Assembly: GCA_963793305.1 (NCBI GenBank)
Contig: CAWBZV010000002.1
Location: 96,001-160,000, forward strand
Direction of reading: 5' to 3'
Source: an uncultured Gemmatimonadales bacterium
GTDB taxonomy: Bacteria; Gemmatimonadota; Gemmatimonadetes; Gemmatimonadales; Gemmatimonadaceae
DNA: 64,000 nucleotides
Shown here in pieces: positions 12,535 to 22,707 of the stretch; positions within the stretch are counted from its first letter, which is position 1, and each line of letters begins with the position of its first letter. Below the pieces are notes generated by a model that ran no database searches, was not told the origin of the DNA, and worked only from the letters and a program-made list of their open reading frames with translations. Position numbers and translations under genes: made by a program.

Positions 12535-13733
12535 AATTGACGTCAGCACTGGTCGCGGGTCTGGCTTTGACCGCTGCTGTGGCGAGTGGGCAAGAGGAGT
12601 TCGGCCAAACGCGCTTCTGGGGATCGGGATTGATCGACATCCCCACCGCCTGGGTCGAGCCGGTCTCGGGTGACTTCTCGTTCAACTACAGTGGTTCGTC
12701 CTACCAGACCTCGTCCCAATTCCCCCAGTACAACTCGTCGCTGAACTCGAAGCTCAGCCTCAACACGTCGCTGTTCAGCCGCCTGCAACTCGGCGTCTCG
12801 CTGTTCTCGACCAACCCCGAGCAGGCGTTCTATGGCCAGCTCGTGGCGCTCCGGGAAGCCGACACGAAGGGGGGACCGCTCGCATTCCTCCCGTCGCTCG
12901 CGATCGGGGTCCGGAACATCGGGCCATACAGCAAGATCGACCGGTTCGGCCTCGGCTACTCGAACGAGATCAACCCGGCCGGCGGCACCGCTCCGGTGAT
13001 CCGCGCCGACTCCACCCATCAGTCGTTCTCGACGGGCAACACGGTCTACGGAGTCGCGACCAAGAACGTCTCACTCCAGGATCTCATAGCGACGGCGCCG
13101 CCTGTGAACCTCAGCGCCACGGTCGGCTACGGGAATGGCTTATTCAGCAATCACGGAAACCTGCCAACGAAGTACTATGCCGCGGATGCGACCGGTGGCC
13201 TGTTTTATGGTCTCGCCGCGACGTGGCGCCCGTCGACAAACGTCCTGTTTTCCGTCATGGGCGAGAACAACGCCTGGGACTTCAACGCGGGTGCGTCGGT
13301 CGACTGGCGCGGGCTCCGCGCCGGGATCGACGTGATCGACCTCGGCGGCGGCAGTCAAAAGATCAATCCCGCGATCCCGGCCACCGCGCTCTATCATTAC
13401 ACGAAATTCGCCTTCACCCTCGGCTGGCACAGCAACGTCTTTGCGCTCCTCGGCGGGCATCTCCTGGAGGATCGCGCGGCTGCCCTGAAAAAGGAGCGGG
13501 ATGGGCTCCTGGCCGATATCTCCAAGCGGCAAACCCGTATCGCCGAGTTGCAGGGGCTCGTCAAGCAGTACGAAGCTCAGAATCTCCTGGAGCTCGAGCA
13601 GCGGAGAGCCGCGGCTCAGACCCAGTTACAACAGGAAACCGAGGCGCTGCGGCGGCTCGAGGATCGGCTGAAGCGTATCGAATCGCAACAAGGCTCGACC
13701 CCTCCTCCTCCGCAAACGTCGACCCCTCAATGA
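12531..13733 (+). CDS. Second YjbH/GfcD-like beta-barrel paralog with C-terminal coiled coil
   Basis: ATGA overlap; WGSGLIDIPTAW, PSLAIGVRN, YGVATK, VGYGNGLF, GENNAWDFNAG align with the upstream paralog; coiled-coil tail. Confidence 0.7.
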   Translation: MKLTSALVAGLALTAAVASGQEEFGQTRFWGSGLIDIPTAWVEPVSGDFSFNYSGSSYQTSSQFPQYNSSLNSKLSLNTSLFSRLQLGVSLFSTNPEQAFYGQLVALREADTKGGPLAFLPSLAIGVRNIGPYSKIDRFGLGYSNEINPAGGTAPVIRADSTHQSFSTGNTVYGVATKNVSLQDLIATAPPVNLSATVGYGNGLFSNHGNLPTKYYAADATGGLFYGLAATWRPSTNVLFSVMGENNAWDFNAGASVDWRGLRAGIDVIDLGGGSQKINPAIPATALYHYTKFAFTLGWHSNVFALLGGHLLEDRAAALKKERDGLLADISKRQTRIAELQGLVKQYEAQNLLELEQRRAAAQTQLQQETEALRRLEDRLKRIESQQGSTPPPPQTSTPQ

Positions 13734-14431
13734 CACGGGCGATAATTTGGAGCGTCGCGCTGCTGCTCGGCCTGGCCAGTCGCCAGGCCCGGGCGCAGGA
13801 TACGACGAATACCCAAACCTACCCGGAGCGTCGCAAGGCGATCCTCGACGACATCAAGTCATCGCAGCGCAAGCTCGATGACCTTCGGGTCGAGCGGCTG
13901 CAGCTCGAGTCACGGGTCGAAGCCGTGGCGGGCAAAGTCGCCGAGCAGCGCGTCAATGCGCTGCTCATGAGCCGGGAGACGTACGCGCTTCGGCAGCTGG
14001 ACTCGCTGTTGACCGTCTCACAGGATGTCCTGCTCGCCCAGCGCGACCGGTTCCTGACGCTCGGCGACGCCGTCCGCCGGCGGGCGGGTGCCGAGCTGGT
14101 GATCGTGTTCCGAGCGGATTCGGCGTCGACCCTGACCCAGCGCATCGACAGCGCGTCGGTCAGGATCGACGACGGCGCCGGCTCCTCCCGCGTGTACTCG
14201 CTGCTCGCCAACTCGGCGTTGGCGTCGGGCGCCGTGGACGAGCTCTATCGGTCGAACGTGCTCCCGTCTCCCCACACCATTTCGGTGACCGTGGGGCTCA
14301 ACGGCGGAACGCAAACGCAGTCCGTCCGCGTCGACGCCGCCGCTGGCGCCTCGACCTACGTGCAGTTCGCCGTCCGGAATGGACAGTTGGTACAGACGAC
14401 GTGGTCGAACAAAGACGCCTCTTCGCACTAG
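13730..14431 (+). CDS. Exported protein with N-terminal coiled coil and C-terminal beta-rich domain (TPR/ExbBD-cluster accessory protein)
   Basis: ATGA overlap at 13730; signal MTRAIIWSVALLLGLASRQARA-Q; 233 aa. Confidence 0.75.
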   Translation: MTRAIIWSVALLLGLASRQARAQDTTNTQTYPERRKAILDDIKSSQRKLDDLRVERLQLESRVEAVAGKVAEQRVNALLMSRETYALRQLDSLLTVSQDVLLAQRDRFLTLGDAVRRRAGAELVIVFRADSASTLTQRIDSASVRIDDGAGSSRVYSLLANSALASGAVDELYRSNVLPSPHTISVTVGLNGGTQTQSVRVDAAAGASTYVQFAVRNGQLVQTTWSNKDASSH

Positions 14432-16569
14432 GGCTCGCGCTCATCGCGCGAGTCGTCGTTCCAGCGCCGGTCGTCGCGCAGCAACCCGCGACGCCGGCGC
14501 CGGTGCCTGCCGTCCCGAGAGATACCACCGTCATTCCGCCGCTGGACAAAGGCCGCGCGGTCGACGCTGAGATCCGATCGGCACTCTATGCGCTCATGAC
14601 TGGCGACGCGATCGCCGCGCTCAGCCGACTGAGGCCACTGGATCCAGGCACCGAGTCGGCCGAGCGCCACTTCCTGATCGCGGAGTGCTACTACCGCCTG
14701 GGAATGGACGACAGCCTCCGGACAGAGGCGGCGACATTGGCGGCGATGCCGGAAGCCGCGCGCTTCCAGCCGCTTCTGCATGCGCAGCTGCTGCTCGCCG
14801 ATTATCGCGATGGCGACTACGCGCGGGCCGTCGATCAGGCGCGCACGCTCGGACCCGACCAGAGCGGCATCACGTCGCTGCTCGCCGGACTCGCGGCCTA
14901 TCGCCTCGGCCAGGAGCCGGCCGCGAGAAGCGCCTTCGAGGCGGCCCAGGCGACGAGCGGTCCGTACAAGACGTATGCGCAGTACATGTTGACGCTGATG
15001 AGTCTCAAGGCCGACACGGCCCATGGTGTCGCGACGGCTATGCTGGCGCTCGACTCACTCGTCCCCACGGCCCAGAGCCCCTCGTCCGATCAGTTGCACC
15101 TGACGCTCGCGCAACTCGCCTACGAGGGCACCCAGTACGACCGCTCCGCGACCGAGGCCGGCCTTGTGACCGCGACGAGCGGGCTGCGAGCGCCGGCCCT
15201 GCTGACTGGCGCGTGGGCGGCCTATCGCGCCGGCAAGCCGCAGCAGGCCGGCGATCTCTTCGCGACGTACGCGCACGACTATCCGGAGCTGCCCACGCGC
15301 GACGAAGGCCGCCTGATGCACGCCCAAGTCGCTCTCCAGTTGCACCAGGATGACTCGGCCGCGCGCGCCTTCAAGGCGGTCGCCGATTCGGTGTCCGCCG
15401 AGGCCCAGGGTCTTGGCGCCAATGCCTCCGGACTGCGCGGCGGCGCGCGTCTCCTGGTCAATGCGCGCGTCGCCGACGTGCTGCTGCTCGGCGACGTGGC
15501 GGGCGGCAAGGCGGTGAGGTTCCCGGACCTCGCGGTGGGCGGCATCAATGCGTTGCGCATCGCCGTTGGGGATGCCCCGACCCCGACCGTTCCGAGTCCG
15601 ACCCCCGTCTCGGTCGAGACGCTCTCGCAGCGTCTCGACGCCGCCGGCATTGACTCGGCCGGCGCGGCGAAGGGTGGCGTGACGGCCGGAGCACCGCTCC
15701 TCCGGCGCGCCGTGTTCATGCCAACGTCCGATGCCTCACGCGGGGATCTCGCCAAAGGGCTGGCGACGTTGCGCGACGCCGATGTCGGCGTGGCCACGGC
15801 CGATCAGGCCGTGCGATCCGAGAACTCGAACATCCTGCTGCAGGTCGCGAACCTCAAGCGCATGCGCGAGATGATCCAAGGGGCGCAAGACAGCTTGCGC
15901 ACCGGGTTTGGACCGCTCGCCATTGCCGAAGACTCGCTGGCGCGGGTGACCTCGAATGTGGATACGGCCTACTTCACGCTGCATCGGCTGATCGGCGCGA
16001 CGGTCACGGATCTCCGCGACCTGGCGAACGAGAATGCGACAAAGCTCGATAGCGTGCAGCACTCGCTGCAGGCATTGGCTTCGACGGCGGATCTCGCGTA
16101 TCTCCAGCAGGAGCGTGAGACGAACGCCATCTACCGGCGCATCGCCGACGAGGTCGACGCCGGCCTCGACTCCGCGATCGCCCACAATCCCGCGTTCGCC
16201 CTGCGCGACACGGTGCGCCAGCGTGGCGAGCGCACGCGCGCCCTCATCGTGCAGACGCGTGCCGCCGGTGCGGTGGCCGCCGCCGCGGTCGACAGCGCGC
16301 AGGCGCGGGTGGAGCGCGGGCCGTCCGAGACACGCCTCGCACTGCGCGCGGCTCTCGTGGCCGCCCAGGCCCGCCGCGACGCAGCCGCCACGGCGCTCGT
16401 CGTGACCGTCGATCGCGAGCTCACCGCTCGCGGCATCGCGCTCGCCGCGGCCATGCGTCGCGATCTCGAGGCCGCGGAGTTCGGCTCGGCGACCGCCTCG
16501 TTCTTCCGCGCGGTCGCGGCCGATAGCACGGCAAGCCCGGCGGCGGCCCCCTCGGGAAGCGCGCCATGA
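14401..16569 (+). CDS. Exported TPR and coiled-coil protein (GltC-like by position)
   Basis: Signal peptide; TPR helices (HFLIAECYYRLG, LTLAQLAYE, ALLTGAWAAYRAGK); long helical C-terminus; 722 aa. Confidence 0.78.
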   Translation: MVEQRRLFALGLALIARVVVPAPVVAQQPATPAPVPAVPRDTTVIPPLDKGRAVDAEIRSALYALMTGDAIAALSRLRPLDPGTESAERHFLIAECYYRLGMDDSLRTEAATLAAMPEAARFQPLLHAQLLLADYRDGDYARAVDQARTLGPDQSGITSLLAGLAAYRLGQEPAARSAFEAAQATSGPYKTYAQYMLTLMSLKADTAHGVATAMLALDSLVPTAQSPSSDQLHLTLAQLAYEGTQYDRSATEAGLVTATSGLRAPALLTGAWAAYRAGKPQQAGDLFATYAHDYPELPTRDEGRLMHAQVALQLHQDDSAARAFKAVADSVSAEAQGLGANASGLRGGARLLVNARVADVLLLGDVAGGKAVRFPDLAVGGINALRIAVGDAPTPTVPSPTPVSVETLSQRLDAAGIDSAGAAKGGVTAGAPLLRRAVFMPTSDASRGDLAKGLATLRDADVGVATADQAVRSENSNILLQVANLKRMREMIQGAQDSLRTGFGPLAIAEDSLARVTSNVDTAYFTLHRLIGATVTDLRDLANENATKLDSVQHSLQALASTADLAYLQQERETNAIYRRIADEVDAGLDSAIAHNPAFALRDTVRQRGERTRALIVQTRAAGAVAAAAVDSAQARVERGPSETRLALRAALVAAQARRDAAATALVVTVDRELTARGIALAAAMRRDLEAAEFGSATASFFRAVAADSTASPAAAPSGSAP

Positions 16570-19500
16570 GACGCCTCGCGCTGGCCCTCGCGCTCCTCGC
16601 CGCTACTCGCATACTGGCGCAGACGCCGACCGCCACTCCCGTCCGACCGGTCGTCGCGAGAACGCGGCCGGCGACGATCGCGGACTCGGCGATCGTGCAG
16701 CTCGAGTCGCTCCTGCAGCGCTATCCGGATAGCCCGCTCAGACCGGGCGCGTTGTACGAGCTCGGCGAGCTGTTGACCCGTCGGGCCGACGAACGATTCG
16801 CGGCGTCCCAGCGCGTCGACACGACGTCCTCCGGCGCATCGCACCCCGACTATACCGACGCGATCGCGCGCTACGAGGAGATCGTTAAGCGTTTTCCAAC
16901 GTTCGATCAGATCGACGGCGCCGCCTACACCCTGGGCACGCTGTACTCGTTCGACCAGCGCTACGCCGACGCCGTCCCGATGTTCGAGCTCGTGGCCTCG
17001 AAGGACCAGTCGCCGCACAAGCCGGAGGCGCTGTTCCGCCTGGGCGATGCCGAGTTCGAAATCGCGGCGAATCAGAAGGGCGACGCGCGTCTGGCATCGT
17101 TCGGCAAAGCCGCCTCGGCGTACGAGCGCGCCTCGGCTGCATCTCCAGCCAATGGCGATGTCTACTTTCTGTCGCTGTACAAGCTCGGCTGGGCGTACTA
17201 CAACACGGCAACGCCGCAGAACCCCGCCGGGTACAATCAAGCCGTCGAGGTCTTCGGCCGTCTGGTCGATGCGTACGACAAGCTGACACCCGAGCGCCAG
17301 CAACGACTCGGCTTGCGGGAAGAGGCGATCGAGTACATGGCCGTGTCGTTCACGCAAGTCGGCGGCGCGGCCGCGGCCGATAAGTTCTTCGCGGCTCGCT
17401 CGGACAGCGCGTCGCTCAAGATCCCGGTCTTGCGGCGAGTCGCGGCACGGCTGCGTGACCAAGGCGACTTCGCGAAGGCGGTCGACGCGTATCAGGAGCT
17501 TTTGGTCGAAGCACCGGACGACTCATCCGCGCTGAGTACGTCGCGCGAAGTCATCGATATCTACCAGAACCGCACGCTCGAGCCGGAGAAGGCCCAGGCC
17601 GCGCGTATCGCGCTGGTGCAGAAATTCTCGCCGGGCTCGTCGTGGACGGCCGCCAATCCCACGCACGCGAAGGATGTCGAGGCCGCGCGCGAGGAAGTGC
17701 TGCGCCAGAGTGCCCAGTACGAGCTCGCCAAGGCGCAGGGCACCCCCACGCAGCTCGCGCAGGCGCCCAAGCGGCGCACCAAGGGGAAGACGGGCGCGAC
17801 ACCGGCGCAGGAGGCGGTCGCCGTCACGCCGGCGGCGCGCGAGCACTACACCGAGGCCGCGCGTCTCTACGCGATCTATATGTCGGACTACGGCCAGTCC
17901 GACAGCGCCCGCGAGGTGGACATTCACTACGCGGACGCGCTCTATGGCTCCGGCGATTTCCGGAAGGCCGGCACCGAGTACACGCGCGCGGCATTCAATT
18001 TCCCCGCGGATACGTTCCAGACGAGCATCAAGGCGGCCAACCAGCAGTCGGCCCAGAACGCGATCGTCGCCTGGGACTCGGTCACGGCTCACGACACGAC
18101 GGACCGTGCGTCGCAGGACTCGCTCTTCGCCGCGGTCGACAACTATGCGACTCGCTACCCACACAGCGACGTCGCGAAGAAGGCGTTGATCGAGAAGGGT
18201 CGTCGCGCGGCGCAAGGCGGACGGTGGGACGTTGAGGCGCAGACCTTCCGGATCTACGCGTTGCAGTATCCGAACGATCCGTACGCCGCGACCGCCGCCA
18301 AGCAAGTCGGCGACGCGCTCTACAAACAGGGCAAATACGCCGACGCCCAGCTGCAATGGGATTCGGCCGCCGCCACGGCGCGGGCCACGGGCCGGCGCAC
18401 GTTCGCCGACTCGATCAACGGCGTCCAGCAAGGCGCGGCATCGTCGTATGCCGACTCGTTGATCAAGGCCGGCGCGTACGACAAGGCCGCGAAAGAGGTG
18501 TACATCGCGCTCGCCGACAAGAATCCGTCGAGCGAGAAAGCGCCGGATGCGCTCCGCAACGCGATCGAGACGTATATGCTGGCCGATAGCGCCGCGCGCG
18601 CGAAGAGTGACCAGAACGGGTCGCAGGCCGCCCGCGTGCAAGCCGCGAGCTTGTCGAATCGCCTGATTACCGAGTACCCGCTCTATCGCTATCGGCTGCA
18701 GTATCAGACGCTGCACGCGGATCTGCTCGAGGAGATCGGCCAGGGCGATCAGTCGGTGACCGCGTTGCGTCAGATCATCGCCGACAATCCGTCCTGGCGC
18801 GGTCGCGCGGACGCGGAGATCAAAGTCGCCGTGCGGCTCGACTCATTGGGGAAGGGCAAGGAAGCCGCCGCGGCGTACCAGCAGTTCGCGGCCGACTATC
18901 GCCAGGATCCTCGCGCGGCGGACGCGCTGTACAACGCGGCGGTGACCTACGTCCAGGCGCGAGACACGCTGGCGGGCGCCGCGGCCTACGGGACCTTTGT
19001 GGATCGATTCCCGAAAGACTCGCGAGCCGCGCAGGCGCGCGTGTATCGGGTGCAACTGTTGAGGGCTGGCGGGGACAATGCGACGGCGGACGCGGATCTC
19101 AACAGACTCTGCAGTCTGCTTAATCCGCCGGCGGAGTTGAAGGGTGATTGCGCCGCGAGGGCAGGGCGCTCCGCGTTCGATGCCGGCCTGGCCGAGTTCT
19201 TGAGGTATCGCAATGTCAAGCTCGTGATCGCGACGAGGGCGCAGCTCACCGCGGCCGGCGTCAAGCGAGCGGCGGCGTTGAAGCAAAAGAATGCTCGGGA
19301 CGGTCACGGGTGATTTCACGAAAGCCATCGAATCGGGTGATCCCCAGTACCTGGCGGCCGGCTCGTACTACGTCGGTTACGCGCAGTGGGAGTACGGCAA
19401 CTTCTTGAAGAACGTGCAACTGCCCAAGTCTTTGAGTGACGCCGAACGCACGGCTGCCGCCGCGGGAGCCGGGCAGCAGGCGCAGGCGTACTACACGCAG

Positions 19501-19635
19501 GCCGAGAAGACGTGGACCGCGCTGGTCGACAAGGCCACGCAGGACGGCATCACGAATGCGTGGATCGACCTCGCACGCGATGGCACAACTGGCAAGGTAC
19601 CCGATCTGCCTCCAACGCCCGGTGGTCTCAAATGA
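16566..19635 (+). CDS. Large exported TPR protein (GltD/AgmU-like), interrupted by one extra base at ~19290
   Basis: Many TPRs (GALYELGELL, EALFRLGDAEF, SLYKLGWAYY, DALYNAAVTY). Removing one A joins ORF 16566-19313 to ORF 19291-19635 (...KQKMLGTVTGDFTKAI...), giving about 1022 aa that ends in an ATGA overlap with the next gene. Confidence 0.8.
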
Positions 19636-19976
19636 CGCTGCCGCGCGCGGTGTTCATTTTGTTACTTACGCTCGCGTCTGCTACAATCGCATCGGCGCAG
19701 GTAACGAAAAAAAAGCGCCCACCAGCCGTCGCGGCTGCGCAAACGGTCGAAATTCGCGGACAGGTGCCGACGCCGCAGGTCGTCACGGTGCGGCCGAGAG
19801 CCGTTCCCGATTATTCGCGGGGCGTCTTGGTTCCCGCGTTCTATGACCAGCACTTCTGGCCGTCAATTCTGGCGCCGTATCGCGTGGTCCCGACGTTGCC
19901 GAGCGAGTCGGGTCATCGTCCACCGGAGGCGGCGCCGGACACGGCCGCCGCGTCTCCCCCTCCCTCGAGAGAATAG
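19632..19976 (+). CDS. Small exported protein, GltF/CglF-like
   Basis: ATGA overlap; signal peptide ending ASA-Q; VEIRGQVPTPQVVTVRPR resembles the I-x-G-x4-P motif of GltF-like proteins; lies between the TPR gene and the motor genes. Confidence 0.62.
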   Translation: MTLPRAVFILLLTLASATIASAQVTKKKRPPAVAAAQTVEIRGQVPTPQVVTVRPRAVPDYSRGVLVPAFYDQHFWPSILAPYRVVPTLPSESGHRPPEAAPDTAAASPPPSRE

Positions 19977-19979
19977 GCA

Positions 19980-20621
19980 ATGGACGCATTTCTGAAGTGG
20001 TTCCGCGATGGCGGCCCGATCATGTACCCGATTCTGATCGTCGCCCTCTCGGGGTTGGCGATCTTTCTCGAGCGGCTGTACGTGATCGTCTTGCGGTCGC
20101 GCATCAACGGCCCGGCGTTCATCGATCGGGTGATGCAGCTCGTGCGCGCGGGCCGGATCGATGAAGCGATTCGCCTCTGCACGCAATCCAAGGCGACGCT
20201 GCCCGACATGGGTTTGCTCATCCTGCGCTCGAAGAGCCATGACGAGGGCGAGCTCCAGAACGTGGCGGACGCGGCGTCCCTGGCCGTGATCCCGCGGCTC
20301 ACGCGGCGCCTGCAGTATCTCCCGATGCTCGCCAACGTCGCGACGCTGATCGGTCTGTTCGGCACGATCTACGGTCTCCGAGGCGCGTTCGCGTCCGTCG
20401 CGCTCGCCTCGGCAGCCGAGCGCTCGGAGAAGCTGGCGGCCGGTATCGCGATCGCGCTCAACGCGACGGGCTTCGGGCTGCTGACGGCCATCCCGCTGAC
20501 CGTGGGCCACTCGTATCTCTCGGCCCAGGCCGAGCAGATTATCGAGCAGGTCGACGAGTTCTCGGTGCGGCTGATCAACGCGCTCGTCGAACGTCCGGAT
20601 GTCCGCATAGCGACTCGCTAA
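19980..20621 (+). CDS. MotA/TolQ/ExbB proton-channel protein (AglR-like)
   Basis: Three TM segments; NVATLIGLFGTIYGL and GIAIALNATGFGL. Confidence 0.93.
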   Translation: MDAFLKWFRDGGPIMYPILIVALSGLAIFLERLYVIVLRSRINGPAFIDRVMQLVRAGRIDEAIRLCTQSKATLPDMGLLILRSKSHDEGELQNVADAASLAVIPRLTRRLQYLPMLANVATLIGLFGTIYGLRGAFASVALASAAERSEKLAAGIAIALNATGFGLLTAIPLTVGHSYLSAQAEQIIEQVDEFSVRLINALVERPDVRIATR

Positions 20622-20645
20622 TCGAACCCAAGCGGAGCGACCGCC

Positions 20646-21158
20646 ATGGTCACTCGCTTTCATCGAGCGAAAGTCCGTCGCCGCGAGCTCAGTCAGGGCC
20701 AGCTCGGGCACGGCAGCATCAATCTCGTGCCACTGGTCGACATTCTGACGTCGATCGTGTTCTTCTCGCTGGTCACCTATCAAGGCCTCGTTGCAGTTCT
20801 GACCAGCTATGACCTCAGTTTGCCGCCTGTAGTTATCAATGCCCCGCAGGAGGCCTCGAAGCCGGACAACGCGCAGTTGAATCTGCTCCTCGCGGTGCGC
20901 GTGTCGAACGACGGCCTGCTGGTCGAGCACTCGGAAGAGGGCGGGTTCCGCCGTCAAATCAAGGGACTGGACTCGACCTCACTCGACACGCTGCAGGCGC
21001 TCATGGTCGACATCAAGGCGAAGTATCCGCAGAACAACAATGTGATCGTGATCCCGAACGACAATGTCGCCTACGATGATGTGATCCACGTGCTGGAGCG
21101 ATTGAAGGTGGCCAAGTATCCCAACGTGGCGCTCGGCACGAAAGCGCGACAGACCTGA
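20646..21158 (+). CDS. ExbD/TolR-family protein (AglQ/AglS-like)
   Basis: INLVPLVDILT with conserved TM Asp; VAYDDVIHVLE periplasmic motif. Confidence 0.9.
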   Translation: MVTRFHRAKVRRRELSQGQLGHGSINLVPLVDILTSIVFFSLVTYQGLVAVLTSYDLSLPPVVINAPQEASKPDNAQLNLLLAVRVSNDGLLVEHSEEGGFRRQIKGLDSTSLDTLQALMVDIKAKYPQNNNVIVIPNDNVAYDDVIHVLERLKVAKYPNVALGTKARQT

Positions 21159-21160
21159 TC

Positions 21161-21703
21161 ATGGCCAAGACGAGTCGATTCCAACAGTCGCGAGAGGCGC
21201 GCCGCGGCGCCCAGTTCTCCAAGTTCAAGCTGGCCGAGCTGAACCTCGTCCCGCTCGTCGACACGCTGGTGTCGATCGTGTTCTTCGCACTGGTGACGGC
21301 GGTCGTCGGTGAGCTCGCGCCGGTCGTGGCCGGCGTCACGCTGCCGGAATCGAGCGTCGGCGGGAATGCGCTGCAGCAACTCACCCTCGGCGTCGGCGCC
21401 CAGGTCACGGTGGCGAATACGCCGGTCATGAGCACGGTCGACGCGGCCCAGGCCCAGTCGAACATGCCGGGCCAGCCGCTCTTGATTCCGCAGCTCTACG
21501 CGGTGCTCAAGGAGAGAGCGGATTCACTTCGCTCCCAGCGCGGCACGCCCGGGACCGATCCCGTCGACCAGCCGCTGGCGATCCAGGGCGACAAGACGAT
21601 GCACTATGATCTCTTGTCGCGGATCATGCAGACGGCCCGGCTGGCTGGATTCAAGAACATCTCGCTGCAGGTCAAGCGCGTCGGGGGCGCCGGCAACACG
21701 TGA
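21161..21703 (+). CDS. Second ExbD/TolR-family protein (AglQ/AglS-like)
   Basis: LNLVPLVDTLV with TM Asp; IQGDKTMHYDLLSRIMQTARLAGF. Confidence 0.9.
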   Translation: MAKTSRFQQSREARRGAQFSKFKLAELNLVPLVDTLVSIVFFALVTAVVGELAPVVAGVTLPESSVGGNALQQLTLGVGAQVTVANTPVMSTVDAAQAQSNMPGQPLLIPQLYAVLKERADSLRSQRGTPGTDPVDQPLAIQGDKTMHYDLLSRIMQTARLAGFKNISLQVKRVGGAGNT

Positions 21704-22707
21704 CGGCGCCTCAAGGGCCTCGGCCCTCGGGAGCGAGCGCTCAGCCGCCCAAGCGGCGCACCGGCCGCGTCCGCGCGCCGGTCGACGAGACGAGCTTCAC
21801 ACGCGAGCTGCGCCACGAGCTGGCGAGCAGCGAAGGCCGCGCGCTCGTTGTCTCGTCGAGCATCTCGGCCGGCATCGGCTTTATCTGGATCCTACTCGTG
21901 ATCTTCGGTCCACGGACCGAGACCGCTCACCTGTTGTCGGCGGACGAGCGGCCGATCAACGTGACATTCGAGTCGCCGCCGCCCGAGGAGCCCAAAGTCG
22001 CGCCCACGCCGGCCGCGCCAACCGTGTCGAAGCCGACGCCGAAACCCGCCGCTGCCGCCGCCGCTCCGAAACCGTCGGGGCCGACATTGGCGGAAAAGCG
22101 CGCGGCCGCCGCGGCCGCCGCGTTCGGCGCACCGGCTGCGTCGAACGGACCCGTGGGCAATGTCTCGAACGTGCTCCGTGGCGTATCGGTCGCGTCCAAC
22201 TCGCCGGCCACTCCGGGTGCGGCGACGGGCGGGAAGCAGGTGCTCGCGTATGGTCAGGGTGGCGCGGGCTCGCGCACGCCGGGCCGCGACGCCGGCGCTG
22301 GCAGCGGTACCGGGTCGATTGGCGCGGTCCAGGGCACCGGCGGGTTCGGCGCGCAGGCCGTGCGCATCTCGGCGCCGAAGGTGATCGACGCGCCGAGCCT
22401 CGGCGGGCCCTCGCGCGACGTTGGCGAGCTTGGCACGCAGGTGCGCGACCACGAGTCGCAGCTCCGGTTCTGCTACGACGAGTTCGGCTTGAAGGTGAAT
22501 CCGGCACTCGCGGGCAGCGTGACGATCGCGCTGACGCTGACCGGTGGTGGCGCCGTGACGGACGCCAAGATCACCGGCCGCACGTGGAGCGGCCCGGGCG
22601 CCGACGCCACCGAAGCGTGCATCCTGCAGCGCGCGCGCGGGTGGCACTTCCCGGCCTCATCGGCGGGCGGCGGCACCTACGAGTTCAGCTTCAACTTTAC
22701 GAAGTGA
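21700..22707 (+). CDS. TonB-like energy transducer with AgmX/PglI-type C-terminal domain (GltG-like)
   Basis: GTGA overlap; single TM helix; Pro/Ala/Gly linker; C-terminal QLRFCYDEFGLKVNPALAGSVTI...EACILQRARGWHFP. Confidence 0.85.
   Translation: MTAPQGPRPSGASAQPPKRRTGRVRAPVDETSFTRELRHELASSEGRALVVSSSISAGIGFIWILLVIFGPRTETAHLLSADERPINVTFESPPPEEPKVAPTPAAPTVSKPTPKPAAAAAAPKPSGPTLAEKRAAAAAAAFGAPAASNGPVGNVSNVLRGVSVASNSPATPGAATGGKQVLAYGQGGAGSRTPGRDAGAGSGTGSIGAVQGTGGFGAQAVRISAPKVIDAPSLGGPSRDVGELGTQVRDHESQLRFCYDEFGLKVNPALAGSVTIALTLTGGGAVTDAKITGRTWSGPGADATEACILQRARGWHFPASSAGGGTYEFSFNFTK

Noticed and set aside
19281..19313. Programmed ribosomal frameshift, or a genuine two-gene split of the large TPR gene
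   Set aside because: No canonical slippery heptamer; it needs the same one-base repair as five other sites, including metG. A real split cannot be fully excluded without reads.
19980..22707. Canonical Tol-Pal or flagellar MotAB locus
   Set aside because: No tolB/pal, no OmpA-type peptidoglycan-binding domain and no flagellar genes; two ExbDs plus the AgmX/PglI domain fit the Agl-Glt type better.
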